NCBI GenBank assembly: GCA_964016885.1
Contig: OZ024746.1
Coordinates: forward strand, 55,490,001-55,554,000
Source of the DNA: Eledone cirrhosa
Lineage: Eukaryota
Length of the DNA: 64,000 bases
Reading direction: 5' to 3'
In this document: piece by piece, positions 29,079 through 41,320 of the stretch
How the letters are laid out: every line of letters begins with the position of its first letter
How positions within the stretch are numbered: position 1 is the stretch's first letter
Position numbers and translations under genes: made by a program
The notes under the pieces: generated by a model
Database searches by the model: none
Told to the model about the DNA's origin: nothing
Seen by the model: only the letters and a program-made list of their open reading frames with translations

Positions 29079-29267
29079 ATTGTTTCTACTTTAGGCACAA
29101 GGCCAGCAATTACTCCAGTGCATGACTGGTACTTTATTTTATCGACCCCGTAAGGATGAAAATCAAAGTTAACCTCGGCGGGATTTGAACTCAGAACGTA
29201 AAGGAACGTAACTCTATGCTGGAAAGCATGGCGTCCAACCCTCTACTGATACTGCCAATCCACCGCC
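29079..29267 (-). mobile_element. Family A SINE with apparent TSD (cacaatcatatatt)
   Basis: Full copy. cacaatcatatatt occurs at 29068-29081 and 29267-29280. Confidence 0.9.
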
Positions 29268-31277
29268 ACAATCATATATTATCATATATCTATGCACATC
29301 AAAGCCTCAGCCATTCCATATTCGTGTTTTCACTAGAGAGCTCTATCTGATTTCTCTCTTTTGCCGAGTAGGACCAAGTTTGGAACGTATATCGGTAAAT
29401 GGGCGTAAAACGATTAAGATTACAAGAAACAATACCTATCATAGACATTACGACAGTCCTTTGTGGGAATAAAGCCCCATCAATTTAGCCCTATTAAGTT
29501 CGCTCTCTCTCTCTCTCCTTCTCTCTCTATATATCTCTCCTTCTCTCCATCTATCTATATTTCCCTCTTCTATATTCGCTTATTCTCCCTGAGTACCACT
29601 CTAAATATATTTCCAATCAATTTTTGTTAATTTCCCATGTCATATTCCGCTCTTTCCTTCGGGCTCGATACCATCATAGGAGTACTTTATACTCCCCACA
29701 CCGTCCAACATACATTTACTACTCTGCCTCATTCACTTCACTACCATTCACAACATATTGTCCTCAAACTACCCAATATTTTGATTGTCTAATTCATTCT
29801 TGCCTCCTAATATCACTCCTTATTCCCTACCATATCGTCAGCACACCACCCCACATCTCCTTATTCTGTAATAATGAATCATTCCATTTCCCCATAATTT
29901 TTAAGTGTAGGAGTGAACTTATCCTAAACATCATTCAAAGTATAATAACAACGATGTATTATCAGAGAATAATCGAATAAACGTGAGTGGAATTGCAGAA
30001 TACTCACTACCACCGCCACCAAGCCTGTACCACAATACCACCAGCACCAGAACTAGCTACAGCACAAGCAGAAACATAATCAGAACCTAAAACACTACTA
30101 CCACCCTCAACCCCACCACCACATCTGCACGTGATCTAATTATTCATTAGTTTCTTGTCGTCCATTTAACATCCGTTCCTCTCTTCCATGCTAATTAATT
30201 CATATCATTGTCGTTCATCTATCTCAGATTATCTCCTCCTATACATTTGAAGTGTCATCTATTTAACGTGATAACTCTCCCCCGTCACAGTTCCAGCTCC
30301 TATCATATTTACAGTTATCTCTCCTCTCAAATTATTCTGTTATCTATTGTCAACTACCTCACTCATCACCAACTATCCACCATTTATTGCCATCAGGCCC
30401 TCTCTCATCTTTTATCCAAGCTATGTCAGATATCATCAATATCTCACTTATCTGTTATTGCCTGTTATTCATTTTCAACATCAGTCATGTATTAACTATT
30501 ATCTATTGTTACTGTTCATAATATCTTATTATCAACTGCCATCATATACCATACTGTAGCGCTGCGTGTGTCCAGTTAAAAATATCTGAACCGTATTCGT
30601 GCATATCGTAACAGGTGACTACACTGTTTGGCGCCAGGAAGGGCATCAGTTTTTACCAGTTATCTATATTCATCAGCAGTCATCTATTAACACCGATGCA
30701 TTGTTACCGTTTATTGTCGATTATTATCATCTGTCATCCTATACCAAAGCGGCTAATTGGCAGAGATATTAGGATGACGTATATTGCTTTGCGTTTTTCC
30801 TCCCAGTTCTGCACTTAAATATCGCCGAGTTCGACCTCTATATTCATCATCTCACAATCAATAAAACATTACCCGTACTGAGACACATCTTCATCTCTAT
30901 CTCTTTTTAGCTTCTATTTTATCACTGATTTTCAGTGAAGAAATCGGCAACAACCAAACCCTAAGAGAGAGGAAGAGTTAAAGAGCTGATTATATGAGTT
31001 GCAGGTCTGTGGCCTGGCATCCCATACCACAGAGCAACACTATAAGTATATCGTTTACAATATGAACATGGTATTCATGCTTTTGTAATAGAAAGCTAAT
31101 TGATCTGGCGCCGCGTACAGTGTGTGAATCTGATAGTGGAATACGTCTAATAAAGACAGAAGTAACTAATGTCCCACTATTTTCTTTTACTTTTACCCAA
31201 ATCCAGAAAGCTTTCAGCGCCTCACCTCGTATAATAAGAAAATAATGATATACATAAAACTGAATGATTTTTTTCTC

Positions 31278-31314
<37 letters not shown>

Positions 31315-32339
31315 CGTTTATGTACATATGTATATATGTGTGTGCGTGTGTATGTGTGTGTGTAGTCCAACCCCGCATATGCGGATATATGAGACAAAAA
31401 TAGCGCCGGCTGTATTTGAACTTCGAACTAAAGTGCCGTGTAATGACAATAAAACACAATTATAGTATTCGAGGCTCTAGGTTTGAAGCTCTCCCTAACC
31501 CCCCCCCCTCTTTCCAGTAGTTATACTAAAATTGATATTTCCTTCAATTTGTGCATAATAATGGCTATTTCAATGTGACCAGATATATTTAGATTCAGCT
31601 GCGTTTCATTATGTTTACACCAATAGCAAATGTTACGTAGGATTTTTATTTCTTTGCTATAATGGTGGTTTGCTTTCGTTCAGAGGCTAATTAGTATAAA
31701 ATATTAGAGTATAATCTTGTTTAAAACGGATATTAAAACTAATTAATACATGCTAAGACCTCTATGGTCTAGTACACATTCTCTCAATTCTATTTTTGCT
31801 CGTGTTATGCCAGCCAGTGAATTGTGATCATTCACTCACTCACTCAATATGAAAAATGCGACTGCGCAGCTTTTATAACATTCCGCCATTACGTTTGACT
31901 TCAACAGAGCCAATAGCCCAAACTATTAATCAATATCACGTATAATTGTGGAGTTGCTTAACTTGGCAGAAACAGGAGCTAATATCTTATTTTCGATGGT
32001 GTATGTCTAATCCCCTCGTTTATTACTGATTATAATTCAGACAAAGTTGACCGTGCTATAAATAACTGCAAAATCTTCCATATCACATACTGCAGACCTT
32101 ATAAACACATGATATATTAGATAACGCTGGATCAAATGAGATATGGTCGACTGGATGTGTTGGTCTTCTCACAAATGCATGGGATAATAAACCCCTTAGC
32201 GAAAGCCTGGAATATTCTAACATATGGTTGTATATGTATTTTTGTTACATATATGTAAGTGGTGGGCATTGTACATATGAATGCCTCAGAGCAGACGTAA
32301 AGGGGGAAACTGCAATTCTCTTGCACTATTCTTTTCAAT

Positions 32340-32867
32340 TCAGAACAGATGTCACATTCTCCAACGGCTACTGTAAATTACTTTAAAGACAATGACATAA
32401 CAGTAGTTGGGCTCTATAGATCACCCTAAATGCTACTACTATGATTCAAGGGATGCCTCAACAGCATTAACACTTTTTTTTATCAATACCATATCTTGAT
32501 AACATACTAATCAAAGGCGACTTGAACCTCATCTGTATTGTTTTGTCTACAACGAATTTGAAACTAAGTATTTCGACCGCAAACCATTACGAATGCGCAG
32601 CAGAAGAGTCACATTTCGACTACATTGATGAGTGTTTCTCGTCCCAACTTGTGTTCACACCAGCACAAAACACATTTTGCACATCGAGTATAGTAACCAG
32701 TTGAAATGACCCTCATCTCAGACCATTGACATGGTTTTTCTGTAATCTGAGATTCCTCGAGTCAAACATTAAGTAAAATGATCTCTCTCCAGCCTATTCA
32801 TTTGATAACATGGACCTTCATAATGCAAACCTGGATGCAATCATTCACCGTCTTTCATATATCGACA

Positions 32868-32947
<80 letters not shown>

Positions 32948-34150
32948 GCTCTCTCAATCTCTCAATATCTCTATCTCCCTGTCTCGCCCGCACACACACA
33001 CACACACACATACACACACATATACACACACCTCCAGCAACATCAAAGTATCTTGGCAGATATTTGCAGACACCGCTACAAATATATGTGCAATACATAC
33101 CGAACCAAGATCTGTGAACAAAACTAAATGCAGATTTCCCAGAAATAGAACAATCATTTGGAAACTAAAATGAATATACAAAAATATCAACCAAGTAAAA
33201 TACTTCTGGCAGCAATACACCTATTCGAATACTGCGTTGCTTGAATCATAAAGCGAATCACCTCCAAACAGCAAGAATACCCCTCTTGTTTATCTTTGCA
33301 GAAATTCACAGGACCTTGTTTATATCCCTGAAAATGATCTATCCCAGTCTTCAAAAAGGGGGGAATCGTCCTTTGCAGAGAATTCCTATCCAATATCACT
33401 CAACCCATATCATCAAGGTGTTTGAGAGGATGATGTGATCACGAATAACTTTTTTCCTTGAAAGGAACAATCTTCTGGACTCCAACCAGCATAGGCACCA
33501 TGATGGAAGGAACTGCTCGACGCAGCTTCTGCATCATTTTGATTATATACTAAGCGCTTTGGGAAGATGGCAACAATGCAGATGTTAATTACCTAGATTT
33601 CAGCAAGGTCTTTGATAGGGCAGATCAGGACTTCCTTTGAAGAAACTATCCAGCATTGGAATCTGTAGAAAGCTACTGCTCTGGATTAAATGTCTCCTGA
33701 CAAACGAATCCCACCCAGCATGTTGTGGTTGAAGGAATAGTATTCAAACGTGTCTGCTAGCTGTCATCCAATGGACACCAAAATACTACAAGCTACTAAA
33801 CGATGATAAATTTGAATTAAACCACATTGGAAATGAAGCTGCTCTAAAGTTACCACAATATCTCCCTTCGGGTAAAATACTTGTGCCATCAAATAACACC
33901 AGATACCTTGGAGTACTTATTGTCAACAACATAACATGGACAATTCACATAAACACCAACACTGAATTGCTCTACAGGATGAGTTTCGAGTTTCTAAGAA
34001 CTTACCGGTCTAGAGAAATTCATAACATCCTCCTACACTACTCTAATTTCCCAAATCTCAAACTATACTCCCCCGAACGTCGCTGTGAGAGCTTCCACAT
34101 CTGTATGATGTGGAAAATATTCGATCAATATTTCCCAATTGCCAGGGCTT
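32340..34150 (+). mobile_element. Decayed CR1-like LINE interrupted by a (CT)n/(CA)n tract
   Basis: Frameshifted motifs PVFKKG, PISL..HIIKVFERMM, NQH, YLDFSKVFDR.D at 33340-33630. Boundaries are approximate. Confidence 0.65.
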
Positions 34151-34270
34151 CAGCATTAAACTCTTTCCAAGAGTAGACTACGGTTGTGAAACTATAAACT
34201 TAAAGACTTTGCCATGGGATGATATGGCATGGGCGAAAACTCAACGAAATCTATCAAAGTATCAATGTAG

Positions 34271-34350
<80 letters not shown>

Positions 34351-34355
34351 GTGAA

Positions 34356-34472
34356 GGCGTGTGGCTGAGTGGTTAGAGAATTGGATTCGCAATCGTAAGG
34401 TTGTGAGTTCGATTCCTGGACAGGGCGATGCGTTATGACCTTGAGCAAGACACTTTATTTCACGTTGCTCCT
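34356..34472 (+). mobile_element. Family B SINE, 5' part
   Basis: A-box TGGCTGAGTGG, B-box GAGTTCGATTCC, ccttgagcaagacac core. Confidence 0.8.
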
Positions 34473-34623
34473 TCTACCTGGAGTTGCGACCGATAGATAG
34501 TATTAGCAATTGGAAAGACCAACGGAAATATTGTTTCGTCGGTCCGATTTGACGAAAGTCGATCGTTCCTAAAAAATATATATATATGTGAGTGCGTGTG
34601 CGTGTTTCTACATTGATACTATA

Positions 34624-34655
<32 letters not shown>

Positions 34656-34696
34656 CGATATTAAATAAATGGAAACTATATTTATAAAACCATATT

Positions 34697-34762
34697 TATT
34701 TCATTATATATATTTCAGGGATATCATATTAACAATATGCTATGCCTTCCTCAGACAAAATA
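34697..34762 (-). ncRNA. Type I hammerhead ribozyme (mirror copy)
   Basis: Reverse complement of 34901-34966. Confidence 0.72.
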
Positions 34763-34900
34763 CAATATAGACAGTTTTATAGATAAATAGATTTGACATA
34801 CCGTTCAACATCGACTTGTATTTGCCAAATCAACTTTTCAAATACAAGTCGACGTTGAACGGTATGTCAAATCTATTTATCTATAAAACTGTCTATATTG

Positions 34901-34966
34901 TATTTTGTCTGAGGAAGGCATAGCATATTGTTAATATGATATCCCTGAAATATATATAATGAAATA
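34901..34966 (+). ncRNA. Type I hammerhead ribozyme
   Basis: TATTTTGT-CTGAGGA-[aggcatagcatatt/aatatgatatccct stem II]-GAAA-T-ATAT-ATA-ATGAAATA: 8-bp stem I with 2 GU pairs, palindromic stem III loop, AUA triplet. Confidence 0.72.
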
Positions 34967-35113
34967 AATATGGTTTTATAAATATAGTTTCCATTTATTT
35001 AATATCGTAAATATACTCCAAATACTTGTTGAGTGCTTATATATCAGTTATAAATATTTACTAGTTGTAACCCAACAATTTAAATATAACTTTCCATACA
35101 TATATATATATAT

Positions 35114-35247
35114 ATTTATTGTTTCCGAAGAAGACGGTATGATCGAACACATATATTATGTCTGATAGTATACAGCTCTGTAACTGCTATAGATCAGTCA
35201 ATATATCTATATGATCAACCCTCCGAAACGATCGTAAAACAATGAAT
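35114..35247 (+). ncRNA. Type I HHR with ~90-nt stem II domain (core U4C)
   Basis: ATTTATTGTTT-CCGAAGA-[tgatc/gatca, atatatt/aatatat, ctgat/atcag, cag/ctg]-GAAAC-GATC-GTA-AAACAATGAAT: 11-bp stem I, palindromic GATC loop, GUA triplet. Confidence 0.65.
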
Positions 35248-35822
35248 GAGATATGTAAAATAACTTGCCTTTGTTATCATTGTTAAATAAACTAATATAT
35301 AATATATATACAGATGTGTATGGTAAACTGGCATATATACTTACTCGGATTTTTCCGAAGCGAGATGTGTTATTGCTGCTTCGATTGGAACGTGTATCCC
35401 TTACGGATATATATATATATATATACATATGTTTTTGTGTGAGTGTGCCTGTGCGTGTGTGTGTGCGTGTGTTTGTATCTGTGTATATGTGTGTGTGTGT
35501 GAGAGAGAGAGAGTGAGAGAGAGAGTGAGTGTATATTATATATAAAACACATTTCTATAGTAGCATACATACGCACATGAATGCATTTAAAGTTTCACAT
35601 ACATGTTGAACTGATGCATGGAACGAAGAGAGAGTACAGACGGACGGATTAATGGATGATAAATTCATGTATACATATATCGCAACATACACACATGCAT
35701 ACACACACACGCACGCACAAACACAGACACACATATACATATATTATAAAGAATGTATATATACATGTGTATATACACACATATATATATGATACATGTA
35801 TTCATACACACACACTCACACA

Positions 35823-35865
<43 letters not shown>

Positions 35866-36582
35866 TGTTTGCCTGTAAGCCAATATTAAAATATGGCTTG
35901 TCACCTTAGGTTGGGGAAATAAATTGAGAATATTTCAGTCTCTCTGTTGCCCATAACAAATGCAATTTGGCATTTATTTCTAGAAGTTTATAGTTAGAAG
36001 CTGAACTAGGAATATGTTAGCTTAATCAAGAGTATAGGTTTTAGAATATGACAGAAATAAAGCTGTTTTGCGCTGGTAAATCGCCTAGAGTTAGAAGGAA
36101 ATATGGAGATCTGTTCGGAACTATTTAAATTTATAAGCCTAATGTTTTTATATGTGAAATGAAGTGATGCAATGGGTGTTGGTGTTGTGTAGTTGTATAT
36201 GACAGCCTTGTGGTGAATGTAATGATGGTCTTTATGCATGTGCGTATGTGAATAACGTTACCTTTTGTGCATGTGTATAGAACTACACAGATACGCATAC
36301 ACACGCACACACATATATATATACATTTATATATATATGTATATATATAAATATATATATGTATATTCATATATATAAAACCATATACAGGATTATATAT
36401 GAATATATATATATGTATATATATATATGCATATAGACATATATATATACATATATATATAGATCTGTATATATATTTAGGTATATATGCATGTGTAAAT
36501 ATATATATCTATGCATATATATATATATATATATATATATGCATAGAGATATATATATATACACATGCATATATTCCTAAAT

Positions 36583-36622
<40 letters not shown>

Positions 36623-36682
36623 GTGTGTTTGTGTGTGTGTGTGTCTGAGAGTTAAAATTATTGTATTAGTTATTTTCGCTGT

Positions 36683-36816
<134 letters not shown>

Positions 36817-37031
36817 TATCTTTCAGTTTGTTGTTTTAGTTTTAGTGACGATGGCGATGGTTGAAGTTGTGTTGGTTGTGGTGGTAGTGGTGGTGGTAAT
36901 GGTGGCTGTATGGCCTGTATCATCATTGTTCTTGGTATTTCGGTGCTAGCTATAGTTTGTTACTTACAAATAGTTATAAATAGTTTTAATGTAATAGATC
37001 TAGATATACGTGAAATATTGAGTTGAGGCAA

Positions 37032-37089
<58 letters not shown>

Positions 37090-37698
37090 ATGTATGTATA
37101 TATATACTGTCGGTTTTATTTAATAAATTGCTGTGTAGTGTATCTTATTGCTATTACTGCTATATACAGTTATGACATTCCAGATAAACTGAGACCTGTC
37201 TTTAATATATCACATTTCATTTCTGTTCACTGCTTTCATACTATACACCGTGTGCGCTAAAGTATAACGATTCTATTTAAATAATAAGTAGTATACTTTT
37301 TGAATTATTTTCTAATCCTTCTGGTCTCTATAAGAGCGAGGGATTGGCAAAATCGTAAGTACACCTTTACGTTCTGTGTTCGTATCCTGCCTCCAAGAAA
37401 AAATAATTGATGTCTTCTCTGTTTTCACTTAGTAGGCTGGAGCATACACTTCAGGAGATTTAATAGATCATATGGATATCAATTCGTTTTTTCGAGCCTT
37501 AATATTTCTTGTCCAGTTTATGCCAGCGTGTGGTGACCATGTATCACCCATTCTTAAAAATTCTAATAGAAAAATATAATATTTTTTAAAGACACGAATA
37601 CAATCCTAATCCAATGGACTATCATTCAAAATTAACGAATATCAGAATAATGTAATTGTTCTCCATAGAAAAATGTTATTTAAATACGTTTATATTAT

Positions 37699-37870
37699 CA
37701 GTATCGGTAGAGGATCGAATGCTAAGCTTTGCAGCATAGATCGACCACCCTTTACGGTCTGAGTTCAAATCCCACCGAGGTTAAATTTGCCTTTCCTCCC
37801 TACGGGATCGATAAAATAAACCACGAGTAATGTACTGGGTTAATTGCAAAAAGTAGAAACAATTATTATT
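37699..37870 (+). mobile_element. Family A SINE (diverged)
   Basis: B-box, core and tail present. Confidence 0.8.
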
Positions 37871-37925
37871 ATAACGAAAAAATAAATCAGAGAAATAATG
37901 AAGTAGATACAAGATGGGTTTAGAG

Positions 37926-38200
37926 TTGCGCGTCCTAGTGATGAGTGTGTTGCACTTACGATCATAATGTCGTAGGTTCGATTACTGGACTGGGGTGTTT
38001 GTCATGTTCCTGAGGAAAACATATAATTTCACGTTGCACCTGTTTAGGCAACTGCATATAAGTACCAACAATAGCTGGTGGTTTAATCCTTTGATAGACT
38101 TGCACCCTTTGCAGGGGGCGGGTGTCTGTTTGTCGCAGTCATTTAACACTACGGAAAACGGATAAAGCCACAGTTAAGCCTATTGGCTTGAGATTTAGAC
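37926..38200 (+). mobile_element. Family B SINE (diverged)
   Basis: cacttacgatcataatgtcgtaggttcga matches 22082-22110. Confidence 0.7.
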
Positions 38201-39460
38201 AATGGGCAAACGTTTATTTATGCAATAAGTCAATAAAAAGATGGTAAATTCATTGCTGAAGAGAGGAGCCAGCAATATCCACTGTATCAGCCACTAGCTG
38301 GGAGATCAGAGAGTCACTCCAGGTAAAACCGTTACTTCTCCGATTTGAGAGATTAAAACTACGATATTATGGGCACGTGGGTAGAATGTCTAACAAAAGA
38401 ATCGGTGGACAGATTTTATGGGTATGATCAACCAACAGCAGACTTAGAGGTAAACCACGAGCAAGATGCTTGGATAACATCCATGAGCTTGGCTGGTAAC
38501 GCTTGGGTATCAAGCTGGATCAGCCACAGACAGGACCCGCTGGAAGGAGTGTTTGAGGATTCTTCCCACACAGCCCTTCCATGAATAAGTGGGAGAAGAA
38601 GAGGAAAATAATTTTCTAAACGTAAATTATGTTATATATCTGAATCATATTCTCGTATCTACTGGTTTAAGGAAGTTTTATGTGAAATCTACCACTTTTA
38701 ATTCAGCTAACAACATTATGGCCGTAATATTTCAGTTAAAGTTGACCGGGATAAAGTCTAATATATAAAAAAAATGGGTAATTGCCATTAGTTGTATACA
38801 ATAATATAGTTAATATCGTATGGTGAATGAGTTCTTTTCTACGAGATTTACGTACCTTTAGTGAATTCCATTACGTGGCAATGATTTGCATCAAATTATT
38901 TTTCTTATCATCAATCTCCACCAGATTGGTTTATGAATATATATCTGAATTACAAACCTATCCAGGTACACTATTTCTTTCATGCTTTCGGACTCGATAA
39001 ATAAAGAACCTTTCAATGGACGAGGGAATGACAGAATTGCTAAAGATTCGGACGGAATGACTTCCGGTATCTGATTCTGATCTGCATTCTTAGATGAAAT
39101 CTAGTATCCATCTGCGAGTAAATGCAGTCCAAAGATAGTATCAGCAATGGAATGACCAACAGAACTAGAGTTTCCTTCGTCTGATCTGATAATTGTTATG
39201 TTTCCTCTCCCCTTCAGATTAAGCTCTAAAATGAGACACCTCGTAATAATTAGTCGCGTATGTTGTACAAATGCAATGAGATATATATCATAAATATCAC
39301 ATGCGTAAATCGATTTTCCCTGTTGATACCCTTCCACCTAAAAGAGCCTCTGATTACACCGTGTAATATATTTTATGTTCCCGGTACTAAGTGTCATTTC
39401 CTGGTTTGTTATATCCCATTATTATAAAAAAAACACTATTATTTAATCGTAAGTTGCTAT

Positions 39461-39576
39461 TCTGAGTTCAAATCCCACCAAGGTTAACTTTGCCTTTCAT
39501 CCTTACAGGGTCGATAAAATAAAGTACCAGTAATGCATGGGTAATTGCTGGCCTTGTGCCAAAAGTAGAAACAATT
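39461..39576 (+). mobile_element. 5'-truncated family A SINE nested in the DNA transposon
   Basis: TSD attatttaatc[g/a]taagtt at 39438-39455 and 39574-39591. Confidence 0.9.
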
Positions 39577-39777
39577 ATTTAATCATAAGTTCGGGTTTGT
39601 GGTCAGGAGTTTGATATTTCGAAATTTTCATATTTTTCAAGAAAAAAAAACATTTTTTTAAAAATTATCAGTTCATATAATTAAATCAACAGAGTATATA
39701 TTTATTTTATTACCCAAGCTTATCAAAAGCAAACATGTAAAAACAAATAACACTTATTAAGCAACTTATACACGTCA

Positions 39778-40860
39778 GAAATGACTGGATTTCCTGGATT
39801 TGCGGTTGTAGTCCAGGTCGCATTCCCGCACTAGCCACCAGATATATTCTCCCATATTTTTTTCATTGTAGTGGCCCTGGTACCTCCGCTCTATCTCTTT
39901 CACATCTTAGTGGAATCGTTCGCCTTGTTCTTCTGAGTAGGCGCCCATATTGTCCTTGAAATTTTGCAGGTGAGCGTCCTGCATATGGAGTTTGAGCGAC
40001 ATCCTGCATAACATGGCGCCAAAAGCCTTTATTAGATCCTACACCAGTTGCTGGTATTTTTCAGCTCTGTAGTTGCCCAGGAAGCCCTAAACAACTGCCT
40101 TGAAACAGTTTTATGCTGTTCTCTCAATTCTATTGAGCTTATTGGAGAACTCGGTAGACTCAAACACCTTCTTTATCTGAGGTCCAACAAAAATTCCACC
40201 TTTGATTTTGGCCTCAGATAACTTGGGGAAGAATTCAAGAAGGTACTTAAAAGCGACTGATTCTTGGTTGAGAGCCTTCACAAGCTGCTTCATCAACCCC
40301 AACTGAATGTGCAGTGGCGGCATGAGCACAATCCTGGGATCAACCAGTGGCTCTCACATGACGTTCCGTGTCCCAATTACAAATTCTGTTCGCTGCACCC
40401 AGTTCTTTCTTTTGTAGTGGTCAGAGATGGCTCTGCTGTCCCAAAGGCAGAGGAAGCATTGGAATTTGATAAAGTCTCTTTGGAGTCCAAGCAGGAAAGC
40501 CACCATCTTAAAGTCTCCAATGATTTCCTAATTGTACTGGTTGTATTGCAGAGCTTCCAAGAGTAATCTTCCTTCAGGCAGACTGAATGAGCTAGGGGCA
40601 GTGTCGGAAACTTGTTTCCATTGTGGAGGAGGACAGCCTTCAAACTTGTGGTGGAGCTGTCTATAAATAGCCGCCACTCCTTGGGCACAAACAGCACCCC
40701 AATAACGTCAAACAGTCCAAGCCCGTCATGGCAGAAGCAGAAGCCATCATAGGCGTGTAAAAGCCTGAGAAAGGTTCGTGTCGACTTCTCTGACTTGTCA
40801 CCTGCACTTCCTCCTTGACCAAGGTCCACTGCTTTCATCCTGGAGACGAATGCTTAAAAC
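39778..40860 (-). pseudogene. Transposase pseudogene of the Chapaev3-type element
   Basis: WRLFIDSSTTSLKAVLLHNGN, PPLHIQLGLMKQLVKAL, LSEAKIKGGIFVGPQI, with frameshifts and stops. Confidence 0.85.
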
Positions 40861-41320
40861 ACAACTTAATCTTTATTTAGGGTGCGAAAATCCAGTATCA
40901 ATAAATCTCGTTAATCCACTTTTTAACAATTTTATACTTTATTGCACTTTTATAATTTTCTTTAACTATTACTCTTTATTTTATAATTTTAATTTAACCT
41001 GAAACATATATAAAAAAAATCAATTAATATAAGCAAATTAAACTTACATACAACGTAAAATCCAGCATACAAATACTTCTAGTGAATAGCTTAGAATGTT
41101 TACAAACCCAAACTTTTAACTGTTTAATAGCGCATTTTTATTCATTTGTGACCTAAGCAACAAAAAAAAAGTGATTACAAGCCAGGAACAGAGAAAAAAA
41201 CGTGTTACACGGTGTTATACAATTCTGAACAATTTCTGTTAGCATGTTTATATTTATATAAATATATTCCATCATGATTTTATATATGTATCTTTAAATT
41301 CTCCCCAAAAGACCAACTTA

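Larger units (their letters stand above)
34654..35098. mobile_element. Head-to-head inverted duplication (171-bp arms, 14-nt loop) of an HHR-bearing unit; right arm continues to the TA array
   Basis: 34654-34824 versus 34839-35009; I count one mismatch. Confidence 0.9.
39357..41214 (-). mobile_element. Chapaev3-type (CMC) DNA transposon, internally deleted and decayed
   Basis: Termini CACCGTGTAA..TTACACGGTG flanked by TTA on both sides (39354-39356, 41215-41217). CAC/GTG ends with a TWA TSD are the Chapaev3 hallmark. Confidence 0.8.

Noticed and set aside
39085-39195. Minus-strand CAGACGAAG-GAAACTCTAGT..ACTAGATTTC as a long-stem HHR
   Set aside because: The core is mutated and the GAAAC/NUH half is missing.
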